From a virus (lineage: Duplodnaviria; Caudoviricetes), in the IMG/VR virus record IMGVR_UViG_3300021364_000005: a stretch of DNA of 64,000 bases. One strand, 5' to 3'. Both the position numbers and the translations under genes were made by a program. Each line of letters begins with the position of its first letter. The first letter of the stretch is position 1. The notes beneath the pieces were generated by a model that saw only the letters and a program-made list of their open reading frames with translations, ran no database searches and was not told the origin of the DNA. This document shows, one piece after another, positions 43,819 to 53,593 of the stretch.

Positions 43819-45587
43819 TCTACAATTTCTATATCGTTCTCGTAACTTGTAAATCCGTTTTCTTTAATTACTTTCATTACATGGTTAACACGACCTACTA
43901 GTTCGTCTTTGTGTGAAATTAAGAAAACATTTTTATCACGCTCTCTACCCATTTTCTTTAGAACTGCTAAACTATTTTCAACACCAGCAGTGTCCATGCC
44001 ACTGTCAATTAGCTCGTCAATAAACAAAAGATTTACATTTTGGTAAAGCGATTCCCATACATCTCGGAAAGCAAAACTAAGTCCTAATATTAGTCTGTTA
44101 CGTTCGCCTCTACTCAAGTTATCAAAATCTAAATCTTGTCCTAACTGTGTAATTTCTACATTAAGATCATTTAAAAATTGTACTTGATGCGGAAGACCTA
44201 GTTTGTCGAGATAATATGTTAATCTATTATTTAGGTATGCTAAGTTCTGATCAATAATTTTCTTACGGATAAACGAATCTTTGTTTGTTAGTAGTTTCAA
44301 CAAAAACTCTTGATGATCTTTAAAATTTGTAAGATTATTTACAGGCGTCCAATCAATATCAACAATAGCAGTATTTGTAAGTTCATCAATTTGCGTTTGA
44401 TAAGGATCAGTTTCTTTTTCTCTATTGTTAAGAGTGCTTTTTAAATTTTCAACATTTTGTCTATGTTCATATGCTTCTTTTGCAGTTTCATAAAAAGTTT
44501 TAGGCTTACCATTTATGTCGCCTATTTCTTCAAGAGCTTCAACAACTTCAGAATGTTTATGTCCTAAGTCAGTTTGATATGCTAATGCATCAACTAATTC
44601 TTTGTTTTTTCTTTCTGCAATTTCTGCTTTTTTGTCTGCGTGAAGTTCTTGCCCACAAGTGTAGCATACAGCATCTTCTAATTCTAAGATGTCTTTATTG
44701 ACCTTTTCTACAGACTTACTGGCACGTTGTAGTGCAGGCTCAAGTGTGCTTAATTCTTTTTTAAGAGCCAAAATAGCATTATTATGTTCATTCCAGTTTA
44801 ACAATTTTTCATGAGAATCAAGTTCAGCTTCAATGTCTAAATGTTCTAATTCGTCGATAGCTAGTTGTAATTTGTTGCAATCTTTTGTTTTTTTAGACAG
44901 CCAAGCACGTTGATTGTTTTTTAAGCTATCAATAGTAGTTTGTATTTTACCATTTGCTGCTTGTATAGCTTCAATTTTAAGTGTTTCCTCGGTTACTGCA
45001 TCTTTAGTAGATTTAATTTGTTCTTTAAGATTTTCTGCTTTTTCACTAAGAATAGTAATACCAAGAAGTTGTTCGATAATAGCACGTTGATCATTTTGTC
45101 GCATACTCAAAAAAGGCTCAGTATATGTGTTTAATGCAACAACGTGTTTAAACATATCATGGCTCATATTAAGCAAGGTGTTTATAGATTCTTGTGTTTT
45201 GCGACTATCACCTTGCGATTCATCAGTCATTTCTTGTTCTTGATTATTGATATAGAACTTTAAAATATTAGGAGAGCGTCCGCGCTCAATCCTATAATCT
45301 TGTCCGTCCTTCTCAAAGTGTAGGGTGACTAACATCCCCTTACTATTAGTCTTATTAATAAGATTATTTCGTTTGATGTTAGTCAGTGCTTGGCCGTACA
45401 AGGCGTAGGATAATGCATTGATTATCGTAGTTTTACCTGTACCGTTTCGTGAGCCTGAGTCGTCACCTCCTTGATCGAGATTTTCACCAAGCACGAGTGT
45501 AAGATTTTGTTTATCAAAATCAACTGCTTGAGTTTGATTTCCTACACTCATAAAGTTTTTAACTGTTAAATCTTTAATACGTATCAT
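43815..45587 (-). CDS. gp46: Recombination ATPase, gp46/SbcC/Rad50-like
   Basis: Walker A NGTGKTT, CYTCG hook-like CxxC, LSRGE signature, LLFIDE Walker B, ISH loop. Confidence 0.95.
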   Translation of the reverse strand: MIRIKDLTVKNFMSVGNQTQAVDFDKQNLTLVLGENLDQGGDDSGSRNGTGKTTIINALSYALYGQALTNIKRNNLINKTNSKGMLVTLHFEKDGQDYRIERGRSPNILKFYINNQEQEMTDESQGDSRKTQESINTLLNMSHDMFKHVVALNTYTEPFLSMRQNDQRAIIEQLLGITILSEKAENLKEQIKSTKDAVTEETLKIEAIQAANGKIQTTIDSLKNNQRAWLSKKTKDCNKLQLAIDELEHLDIEAELDSHEKLLNWNEHNNAILALKKELSTLEPALQRASKSVEKVNKDILELEDAVCYTCGQELHADKKAEIAERKNKELVDALAYQTDLGHKHSEVVEALEEIGDINGKPKTFYETAKEAYEHRQNVENLKSTLNNREKETDPYQTQIDELTNTAIVDIDWTPVNNLTNFKDHQEFLLKLLTNKDSFIRKKIIDQNLAYLNNRLTYYLDKLGLPHQVQFLNDLNVEITQLGQDLDFDNLSRGERNRLILGLSFAFRDVWESLYQNVNLLFIDELIDSGMDTAGVENSLAVLKKMGRERDKNVFLISHKDELVGRVNHVMKVIKENGFTSYENDIEIVE

Positions 45588-46594
45588 AGTTCGTTATAGA
45601 TGTCCAATAGCATTTTCTTATTAAAGTTGTCTGAATCAATTGCAGAAATTTCTTTTGACACAATTTCGTCTATACTTTCAAATTTTGAAATATCTAGTTC
45701 AGTGCTAATTTCTTCAATTTGTTTTTGCGGGATAAGTGTAATTTCTCTGCACTTATAATTGTTGATGTACGTTTCTTTTATAAATTGTGCTTCTTCATAA
45801 GAAATTGGTAAATCGAGTGTAACTCTCAAATACATATTAGGTTTTATAATATTAGATTCAGGATCTAATAATTTACTTAATGTAGTTGTTCTATACTTAG
45901 GACAATCATCCCAATTAATATAACGAGGCTCTGCATTGTTTTCTCTGTCAAGAATCATCATGCCTCTTTCGTCATCCCATGCATCTGCATAATTGTGTGG
46001 AAATGCATTACCGAGATAATGTACTTTGCCTTGCACTTGTCTTTTGTGAAAGTGTCCGCTAAACACATATTCTTGATGTTCAAAATGTTCAGCACGTAAT
46101 TCGCCGTGGTCTGGCATCTGTACCATAGCATTCATATAGAAACTAGGCAGTTCAAAGTGCCCGAACATATATTTAGATTTAATTTTGTTAATTTTTTTCC
46201 ATTCGTCGCCTACTAACCAAGGTACAAGTGTAACATCGTCAACTGTTGTAATTTCGTCAATAAATGTTATACCAGGAATGTAAGTAGCAAATGCAGTTGA
46301 ATTTACATCACGTTTATCTTTGTAATATAAATCGTGGTTTCCGTCAAAAAAGAAAAACTGTTCAAATGACTTTCCTAGTTTTTCCATGCAACGAATTGTA
46401 GCATCCATTGTGGTTAAATTTAGACTGTTTCTATTATGATGCCAGTCGCCACAAAAAATACCAGTTTCGCATCCATTTGCTTGAGCTTGTTCAATATACC
46501 AATCGATAAAGCGTTCACAATCATCGTTGTGTACTTTTGAGTTGCCTTTTAGGCCGAAGTGAATGTCCGTAAATACGGCTGCTTTTTTAAACAA
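45584..46594 (-). CDS. gp47: Recombination nuclease, gp47/SbcD/Mre11-like
   Basis: TDIHFG, GDWHH, GNHD, GHFE and SGHFH metallophosphoesterase motifs. Confidence 0.95.
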   Translation of the reverse strand: MFKKAAVFTDIHFGLKGNSKVHNDDCERFIDWYIEQAQANGCETGIFCGDWHHNRNSLNLTTMDATIRCMEKLGKSFEQFFFFDGNHDLYYKDKRDVNSTAFATYIPGITFIDEITTVDDVTLVPWLVGDEWKKINKIKSKYMFGHFELPSFYMNAMVQMPDHGELRAEHFEHQEYVFSGHFHKRQVQGKVHYLGNAFPHNYADAWDDERGMMILDRENNAEPRYINWDDCPKYRTTTLSKLLDPESNIIKPNMYLRVTLDLPISYEEAQFIKETYINNYKCREITLIPQKQIEEISTELDISKFESIDEIVSKEISAIDSDNFNKKMLLDIYNEL

Positions 46595-46623
46595 AGTTCT
46601 AGAGTCCTCTTATCTTCACATAT

Positions 46624-46652
46624 AGTATAAACTAATTTTTAAGTGTTGTCAA
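46624..46652 (-). promoter_or_regulatory. Sigma70-type early promoter for the gp47-gp46 operon
   Basis: TTGACA-17 nt-TATACT. Confidence 0.9.
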
Positions 46653-46656
46653 GAGA

Positions 46657-47478
46657 TTATTTCATCTCTCTTTCTCTTTTTTGAGCAGCTTCCCACTCGC
46701 CTGCGTGTTGTCTAGTGTAGCTAGGGTCTAAACCGTTTTGTTCGAGGATGTCGTCTCTAATGTTTTGATTGCGTTTTTCAATGTTGATAACACGTACAAA
46801 TGAGTTTGTGACTGCCGCTGTGTAGTAAGCAAACGGGTTGTTTGATTTAGATTCATCAAATTGTAAACCGATTTGAGCAAGTTGTAATATTGCTTGTCCT
46901 CGCATTTCGTCATTGTACGTATATCCTCTCACGTTGCCTCTAGTGCCGTATCTATCACAGAGCTTCATCCACATTTTTGCAAGTTCGTTTGTTGTTTTAC
47001 CATTAGTTAAACTAAAATGTCCGTTTTCCATTCCGCCTACCCAATGACTTTTTCCGACACACACTAGTTCACCTTCTTCGTTAAATTTGTAATGTTGAAA
47101 CGGAGGAAAGTTTAATTTTACTTTTGTATCTGCTATAGTTTTTGGTGTCTTTTTTCTACCTGGCTCGTCTGGTATATGATCAAATGTCATAATACGAAAA
47201 ATTAGTTCTTCCTTAGTAATCTTTGTATAAGGAATTTCGCATTCTGCTTGTTTTACTTTCTGACCAGCCATTTTTCTTGCTTCATAATCGGCTGTAGAAA
47301 GACGTTTTGCTTTATTGCGTTTTGCTTCAGCAATAGTTCTAATATTAATTTTTTCAATATCAGGAAGAATAATATCAAACTGATTGTATTCTGGTGATAC
47401 ATAGCTGCAATAGCTAGTTTTTGATTTGTGTATTTCTTTAAGTAAATCTTTATTGTTTAGATAATTTTGTCGTCTCAT
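46657..47478 (-). CDS. gp55: Late-transcription sigma factor, gp55-like, with a large N-proximal insertion
   Basis: YLNNKDLLKEI, NVRGYTYNDEM, FDESKSNNPFAYYT and FVRVINIEKR match gp55; position upstream of gp47 is as in T4. Confidence 0.88.
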   Translation of the reverse strand: MRRQNYLNNKDLLKEIHKSKTSYCSYVSPEYNQFDIILPDIEKINIRTIAEAKRNKAKRLSTADYEARKMAGQKVKQAECEIPYTKITKEELIFRIMTFDHIPDEPGRKKTPKTIADTKVKLNFPPFQHYKFNEEGELVCVGKSHWVGGMENGHFSLTNGKTTNELAKMWMKLCDRYGTRGNVRGYTYNDEMRGQAILQLAQIGLQFDESKSNNPFAYYTAAVTNSFVRVINIEKRNQNIRDDILEQNGLDPSYTRQHAGEWEAAQKREREMK

Positions 47479-47504
47479 TGATGTTTTCCTAAGTTATTGA
47501 TTAC

Positions 47505-47533
47505 ATTATAATACACGTACTTAATTTTGTCAA
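47505..47533 (-). promoter_or_regulatory. Perfect sigma70 promoter for gp55
   Basis: TTGACA-17 nt-TATAAT. Confidence 0.92.
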
Positions 47534-47540
47534 CTAAATA
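47533..47540 (+). promoter_or_regulatory. Late promoter (ACTAAATA) for the baseplate operon
   Basis: TAAATA core, SD AGGAG and ATG 47559 downstream. Confidence 0.75.
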
Positions 47541-47558
47541 GTAGTATAGGAGACAAAT

Positions 47559-48308
47559 ATGGCAATTAGTAGAACCAGTAGGTACGAGATTAACGGTAAA
47601 GAAGTTAGTAAAGAAGAATATGAAGCAATTATGGGTCCAATTCAAGGTATCCGATCTAACGCTCCTAAAGATGGTAAAGAGATGCCTAAAGAAGGCGCCC
47701 AAGCTAGATGGGCATCTTATGACGCTGATTGGCGAGTTAAACTTGGATATAAATCCGGCTCCTATAATAATATACTAGCCCCTTTAGCAACTACAGGCGG
47801 AATGATATTCCCTTACACTCCTACAGTTCTTATTAATCATACTGCAAATTACGATTCTTTGCACCCTGTACATAGTAATTATCCTTTTTATGCATATCAA
47901 AACTCACAAGTGGATCAAATTACAATTACAGGCCAATTTGTTTCGCAAACAAAAGCGGATGCTGAATACTGGGTTGCAGCTACACATTTTTTAAGAAGTG
48001 CAACTAAAATGGCATATGGTCAATCTACTAATCAAGGTAATCCTCCACCATTACTCCGTTTAGACGGATACGGACAATATGTGTTTAACAATGTTCCTGT
48101 AATACTACAAACTTTCATGGTTGATTTACCTACTGATGTAGATTACATTGAAACACAGTTTGGAGGAGGAGGAACTACTCATGTTCCGGTTAATGCACAG
48201 ATATCAATTACTGTCGTTCCGCAATACAGTAGATCTAAAGTTGAAAAATTTAGTTTAGACAAATACATAAGCGGCGGCTACTTAAAAACAGGTGAGGGGT
48301 ATATTTAA
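47559..48308 (+). CDS. Baseplate/tail-tube initiator-like protein (gp48/gp54-like)
   Basis: GGMIFPYTP...ITITGQF...PPLLRLDGYG...FNNVPVIL, a tube-fold-like pattern; first gene of the baseplate operon. Confidence 0.65.
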   Translation: MAISRTSRYEINGKEVSKEEYEAIMGPIQGIRSNAPKDGKEMPKEGAQARWASYDADWRVKLGYKSGSYNNILAPLATTGGMIFPYTPTVLINHTANYDSLHPVHSNYPFYAYQNSQVDQITITGQFVSQTKADAEYWVAATHFLRSATKMAYGQSTNQGNPPPLLRLDGYGQYVFNNVPVILQTFMVDLPTDVDYIETQFGGGGTTHVPVNAQISITVVPQYSRSKVEKFSLDKYISGGYLKTGEGYI

Positions 48309-48610
48309 TGAGCTTTTATTCTAAGTCAAGTCCATACAACGGCACTGAGTTTAATTCTGCAGGGTATTTAGGTAACTTTGAAATCAGACCTGTACCTAAA
48401 ACTGCTGACGATTATCTATATACTATTGAGCCTGTCTTTCACCAGAGACCTGATCTAGCAGCTCATGTAATTTATGGCAATGAAAAATTATGGTGGGTGT
48501 TTGCTCAACGGAACATGGATATTTTAGTTGATCCTGTAATGGATTTTACAGCAGGCACACAAATATATCTATTAGATGGACCGAAGATGAGAGAACTGCT
48601 TGGACTTTAA
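48308..48610 (+). CDS. Baseplate wedge protein, gp53/LysM-like
   Basis: RPDLAAHVIYGNEKLWWVFAQRN. Confidence 0.8.
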   Translation: MSFYSKSSPYNGTEFNSAGYLGNFEIRPVPKTADDYLYTIEPVFHQRPDLAAHVIYGNEKLWWVFAQRNMDILVDPVMDFTAGTQIYLLDGPKMRELLGL

Positions 48611-51028
48611 ATGGCAAATGTAACAGTAAATAATCCAACAGCAGCAATTAAAGAATATGTTTCTCAAAATAAAGCTGAGTTGAATAATGCCGGTGCTACT
48701 CAAGAAGTACACAATACCGGTGTGGAAAGAATGCAAGATTTTTCCACACCTGGACCAGCAGGAGATACTGCAACAAGGCAAAATAACTCAACAAGTGTTT
48801 TTCCTAATGAACTAGAACAATTTGCAACAAGTAATCATATTTTTACACTTTCTGTTTTGACTTCAAGGCAGCTTTCTTATCCTGACAAAACATATCGTGC
48901 TGGGCAAACAGTGGCTCCGGTTTTGAGAAGTGGAGGTGGTCTTGGAGACCAAAAAGTTAAAACAGTTTACGAAGGTTCAAATAAACTAGAATACTTTATG
49001 GATGACGTAGAAATAGAATCTATAATCACACCTACAGGAAAGCAAAGAGCAACAAATGCTACTAATATAAAGTTTAAGATTATGGAACCTTATAGCATGG
49101 GTTTATTTTTGCAAACTTTACAAATTGCAGCCGCTGCTGAATACAAAAATTATTTAGAAACACCAATGCTGCTTACGGTAGAATTTGTAGGACAGAATGA
49201 TGATGGCGAATTTATAGGCGGAGTTGCAAAAAGATATTATCCGCTAAAACTAGTGTCTATGGATATGAATGTGACAGGTGGCGGCACGGTTTATGATGTT
49301 GAAGCTGTTCCTTACAATGAAACAGGACTAACAGACAATATTCAAACGATGGATACGGACATAGAACTAACAGGAACTACTTTAGCTGAATTATTAGATA
49401 CAGGTGAGCAAAGTTTATCCAAAGTTGTAAATGATAGATTTATTTCTCAAATTGATACAGGCCAAGCTGCTAGACCTGATGAATTTATAATTTTATTTCC
49501 AGACGATGTTGCAGGTACAAAAGGACAAGCAGGTGGAGCAGGTGATGGTAGTGTATCAGAAACACAATCTGCAATGTATGATTTAACAGCTCAGGATTTA
49601 CCTCCTAGAGTGACTGTAGACACAAGTCAATTACCTAGAGGAAACAGTGCATCAGATAGAGAAGCTATAAGAGCAAGCACTCAACAATTTATAGCAGCCC
49701 AGTCTAGCTTGACAGCAAAATTGCGTGAAAATTTGTCAGGTTCTCCTAACAAAATTGGTCAAGCTAAGATGATACAAAGCATAGACGATGCAGGTAACAA
49801 TCCGTTAAACAAAGCAGGACTTAGTTATAACGGAGAAAAACAAATTTTTGAAAATGATAAAATGTCAGTTAGTGCAGATTTAAGGACGTATTCATTTCCT
49901 CGAGGGAGCAAAGTCCAAGACATTATAGAAGAACTTGTAATTATTAGCGACTACGGTAGAAGATTTGCAGAACCTAAAGCAGATGAAAATGGTTTTGTAG
50001 ATTGGTTTAAAATAGAAACTGAAGTTTATCCTATAACAAATATACAAGAACAATCAAGAACAGGTAAAAATCCTAAAGTTTACATTTACAAAGTTGTTCC
50101 TTACAAAGCACATTTGGCAACAATATCTAATCCTACAGCAAGTCCTCCTAGTATATCCAGGCTTAGAGCAAATGCAGCAAAGCAATACGATTACATTTAC
50201 ACAGGACTTAATAATGACATACTAGATTTTGAAATAAACTTAAACAATCAATTTTTTGCTGCGGTTAGTGCAGATGGCGATGCGCTTTCTAAAGATAGTG
50301 TAAACAAAACATCGCAAGGTACTTCCGCTACTGGGCAAACACAGATGCAAAGTGGTACTAATAATGGAGGTTCGGGTGCCCAAGGTACTGTACAATTTGT
50401 TCCACAAAGCACTACTGGATCTGGCGGTGGTGGCGGTGCTGAAACTGTAGAATCTAGAGTGGCAAGGACTTTTAATGATGCTATTGTTAATAGTAATGTA
50501 GATTTACTTACACTAAACTTTACAATTATGGGAGATCCTTATTACCTAGCTGATAGCGGAATGGGCAATTATAATTCAAGAAAAGGTACATTAAATGTTA
50601 CCGCTGACGGGACAATGGATTATCAAAGAAGTGAAGTTGATATAATTGTAAATTTTAGAACACCGATTGATTATAATGACGAAGAAGGTGATATGATATT
50701 TCCGCAAGAAACAATTGAAATAGAAGAATTTAGCGGATTGTATAAAGTATTGCAGGTTACTAGTAACTGGAGTGGAGGAAAATTTACTCAAGAAATACAA
50801 TGTATTAGAAGACGTAACCAAGAGAAGACATACTTAGGAAATAGTGTGTTAAAACAAAATCAAAGTGATAAGAGCGAATTAGATGAATCAGGAAGAGCTT
50901 CCGGAAGTCATTCTTCGGTTAACTCACAAAAGAAAGAAGGCAATCCTAGTTTGAAAGAACAAATGGAACAGTACCATTCTAATAGACTAGAAGAAATTAA
51001 ACGTGGAAACGTAAGTAGAGGATTTTAA
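48611..51028 (+). CDS. Baseplate hub-like protein (gp27/gpD-like), 805 aa
   Basis: Position between gp53 and gp5; C-terminal LNFTIMGDPYY...FSGLYKVLQVTSNWSGGKFTQ, typical of hub proteins. Confidence 0.65.
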   Translation: MANVTVNNPTAAIKEYVSQNKAELNNAGATQEVHNTGVERMQDFSTPGPAGDTATRQNNSTSVFPNELEQFATSNHIFTLSVLTSRQLSYPDKTYRAGQTVAPVLRSGGGLGDQKVKTVYEGSNKLEYFMDDVEIESIITPTGKQRATNATNIKFKIMEPYSMGLFLQTLQIAAAAEYKNYLETPMLLTVEFVGQNDDGEFIGGVAKRYYPLKLVSMDMNVTGGGTVYDVEAVPYNETGLTDNIQTMDTDIELTGTTLAELLDTGEQSLSKVVNDRFISQIDTGQAARPDEFIILFPDDVAGTKGQAGGAGDGSVSETQSAMYDLTAQDLPPRVTVDTSQLPRGNSASDREAIRASTQQFIAAQSSLTAKLRENLSGSPNKIGQAKMIQSIDDAGNNPLNKAGLSYNGEKQIFENDKMSVSADLRTYSFPRGSKVQDIIEELVIISDYGRRFAEPKADENGFVDWFKIETEVYPITNIQEQSRTGKNPKVYIYKVVPYKAHLATISNPTASPPSISRLRANAAKQYDYIYTGLNNDILDFEINLNNQFFAAVSADGDALSKDSVNKTSQGTSATGQTQMQSGTNNGGSGAQGTVQFVPQSTTGSGGGGGAETVESRVARTFNDAIVNSNVDLLTLNFTIMGDPYYLADSGMGNYNSRKGTLNVTADGTMDYQRSEVDIIVNFRTPIDYNDEEGDMIFPQETIEIEEFSGLYKVLQVTSNWSGGKFTQEIQCIRRRNQEKTYLGNSVLKQNQSDKSELDESGRASGSHSSVNSQKKEGNPSLKEQMEQYHSNRLEEIKRGNVSRGF

Positions 51029-53584
51029 ATGAAGGATAGAAGAACTAATAAAGACAATAAGGAAATGTTCACTCAGAACAAAGATCCTGGTCCGTTCGAA
51101 GCAATTATTGTAAATCATTTAGATCCTTACTACGGAGGAGGTTTAGAAGTTGAACTGCTTAAAAGTTCTTCTAGCGGTAATTCACCTGAAAAAACAGGTC
51201 AGTTGGTTACTGTAAAATACCTAAGTCCTTTTTATGGTATAACACCCTTAGCAGCAAATGGGAAATACGATCAGTATAATGCAACACAAAAAAGTTACGG
51301 ATTTTGGGCTGTTCCTCCTGATATAGGAACTAGGGTACTAGTAATTTTTGCTGAAGGTAGATTGAACGCAGGATATTGGATAGGTTGTGTGCAAGATACA
51401 CATATGAATTTTATGGTACCTGATGGAAGAGCATCTACAAAATATAATAAAGATGGATCATCTCAACCTGTGGGAGAATTTAATAAACTGCTCGAAACTA
51501 GAGGAGATCATCCTACAGCTTACAATAAACCAATAAACGTAGATTACGCAAATAAATTGTTTGAGCAAGGCCTTGATAAAGATGAAACTAGAGGTTTAAC
51601 ATCAACAAGTGCTAGAAGGGAAGCTATTTCTAATGTTTACGGATGGAGTACACCAGGACCAAGAGATAAAAGGTCAGGTGCTCCTAAAGTAAAATACGGA
51701 GCAGCAGATACTAAAGCAACAGTTTTTGCAAATAGATTAGGCGGCAGCAGTTTTGTTATGGATGATGGTGACGAAACACAAATCAGAAAAGGCAAAGCAA
51801 AAGATACTCCGATGGAGTATGTGAATATTAGAGCCGGCGAAACAGGCGGAGATAGAACTTTGCCTGCAAACGAGCTTACTAGGATTAGAACACGTACTGG
51901 GCACCAAATACTTTTACATAATACAGAAGATTTAATTTATATTGCACACGGTAGTGGAGACAGTTGGATTGAAATGACTGCAAATGGAAAGATTGATATT
52001 TACAGCAAAGATAGTATAAGCATACGTAGTGCTAACGACTTAAACTTTACTGCTGATAGAGATATTAATTTTTTAGCAATGAGGGATATTAATACTGTTG
52101 TTGGCAGAAATCATTTAGAATCTGCAGGACAAGAAAGAGGAATCAAAACAGGAACACATACTGCAATTAACACAGGCACGAGTTATAGTGTAAATGCACA
52201 AACATTTATTTCTCAATACAGTGAAGAAAGCTCAACACACATTGCACAGGGCGAAATGGCCTTACAAAGTAATGCAAATATGTATGTTGGTACAACTAGT
52301 AATATGCACGTTGATGCCTGTGCAGGTTTGTATATAACTACAGACGGTGAAGGGCATATAAAAGCAGTAGGTAATTTAATTACAGAAACAGAAGCAAACT
52401 TAGATGTAAAATCTGGCGTGGATACAAAAATTACATCTGGGTCTGCTACTGATATAAAAGCAGGTACATCAGCTAGATTCCAAGCAGCTGGCGGAGGTAT
52501 GGATTTAAAAGCAAGTGCAAATATTACGCAAACTGGTTCAGAAATACATCTTAATGGACCAGCAGCAGCTGCCGCAGCTGAAGCAGGAGTTGCAACTGTA
52601 GCAGCAGGAGCTAATCCTATTGTTCCTGTACCTCCTTTGCAAGCTCAACAAGTTACTCGTCGTCCGTCACATGAACCTTGGTATCAGCATGAAAATATAA
52701 ATCCAAATGCATATACAGCAGACAAAACAGCAGCAGGGCAGGAGCCTGTAGAAAGCTATGCTCCTGAAAGACCTGATACATTTTTAAGATTGCAAAATAC
52801 TACAGGAACTAATCAACCTTTTGGTACTCCTAATAATGTTGCAGGACAACCTACAGCAAATGGAACAACCGCAGCATCGAATACGCCTGGCGGAGTTACT
52901 ACATCTAATACTTACGCTTCTAGCCCAATACCAACTGATCCTCCAGAAGTAATTGCTGATAAAAAAGTTAGAGCAAGAATTTTTGCAGATTCGTTAAGGA
53001 CTATAGCAGGGTTCAATGATGAATTTGTAAAAGCAGCTATTGCTTGTGCTAACAGCGAAAGTGGAATCGATGTTAAAGAAGAATCAAGTTATGCTAATAC
53101 AAGTAATGAAAGAATTAGAAGCATTTTTAGTGCAGCAAGGGGTATTAGCGATGCACAACTTACACAAGTAAAACAAGATAAGTTCCAGTTCTTTGAGTTA
53201 GTATACGGATATCAAAGTAGATTAGGTCCTGGAATGGGAAATACTGCTCCTGGCGATGGAGGAAACTACATAGGAAGAGGACTTATCCAGTTGACAGGTA
53301 AAGCAAATTATAGAAAATATGGTGATCTTGGCGGACATGATATTGTTTCAAATCCTGGATCACTTAATAGTGATTTCAAGGTAAGCTGCGATATTGCAGC
53401 AGCTTATTTAAAGGATAGGTATAGAGACAGAGGACGCGGTGTAGTAGGCAATATGAGAATGGCTATTGCAGGCACTGAAAGAGGCTATGACCTAGCAATT
53501 AATAAAGATAACCAATTCTTTGCAAGTATGGATGACACTTGGATTTATCAAGTAGATCCTAACACAGGAACAGCAATAGTTTAG
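51029..53584 (+). CDS. gp5: Baseplate central spike, gp5-like, with a C-terminal GH19 (chitinase/lysozyme-like) domain
   Basis: OB-fold PPDIGTRVLVIF...YWIG, RTRTGHQILLHN...WIEMTANGKIDIY beta-helix, and YIGRGLIQLTGKANY (GH19 motif). Confidence 0.88.
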   Translation: MKDRRTNKDNKEMFTQNKDPGPFEAIIVNHLDPYYGGGLEVELLKSSSSGNSPEKTGQLVTVKYLSPFYGITPLAANGKYDQYNATQKSYGFWAVPPDIGTRVLVIFAEGRLNAGYWIGCVQDTHMNFMVPDGRASTKYNKDGSSQPVGEFNKLLETRGDHPTAYNKPINVDYANKLFEQGLDKDETRGLTSTSARREAISNVYGWSTPGPRDKRSGAPKVKYGAADTKATVFANRLGGSSFVMDDGDETQIRKGKAKDTPMEYVNIRAGETGGDRTLPANELTRIRTRTGHQILLHNTEDLIYIAHGSGDSWIEMTANGKIDIYSKDSISIRSANDLNFTADRDINFLAMRDINTVVGRNHLESAGQERGIKTGTHTAINTGTSYSVNAQTFISQYSEESSTHIAQGEMALQSNANMYVGTTSNMHVDACAGLYITTDGEGHIKAVGNLITETEANLDVKSGVDTKITSGSATDIKAGTSARFQAAGGGMDLKASANITQTGSEIHLNGPAAAAAAEAGVATVAAGANPIVPVPPLQAQQVTRRPSHEPWYQHENINPNAYTADKTAAGQEPVESYAPERPDTFLRLQNTTGTNQPFGTPNNVAGQPTANGTTAASNTPGGVTTSNTYASSPIPTDPPEVIADKKVRARIFADSLRTIAGFNDEFVKAAIACANSESGIDVKEESSYANTSNERIRSIFSAARGISDAQLTQVKQDKFQFFELVYGYQSRLGPGMGNTAPGDGGNYIGRGLIQLTGKANYRKYGDLGGHDIVSNPGSLNSDFKVSCDIAAAYLKDRYRDRGRGVVGNMRMAIAGTERGYDLAINKDNQFFASMDDTWIYQVDPNTGTAIV

Positions 53585-53593
53585 GGGATAAAA

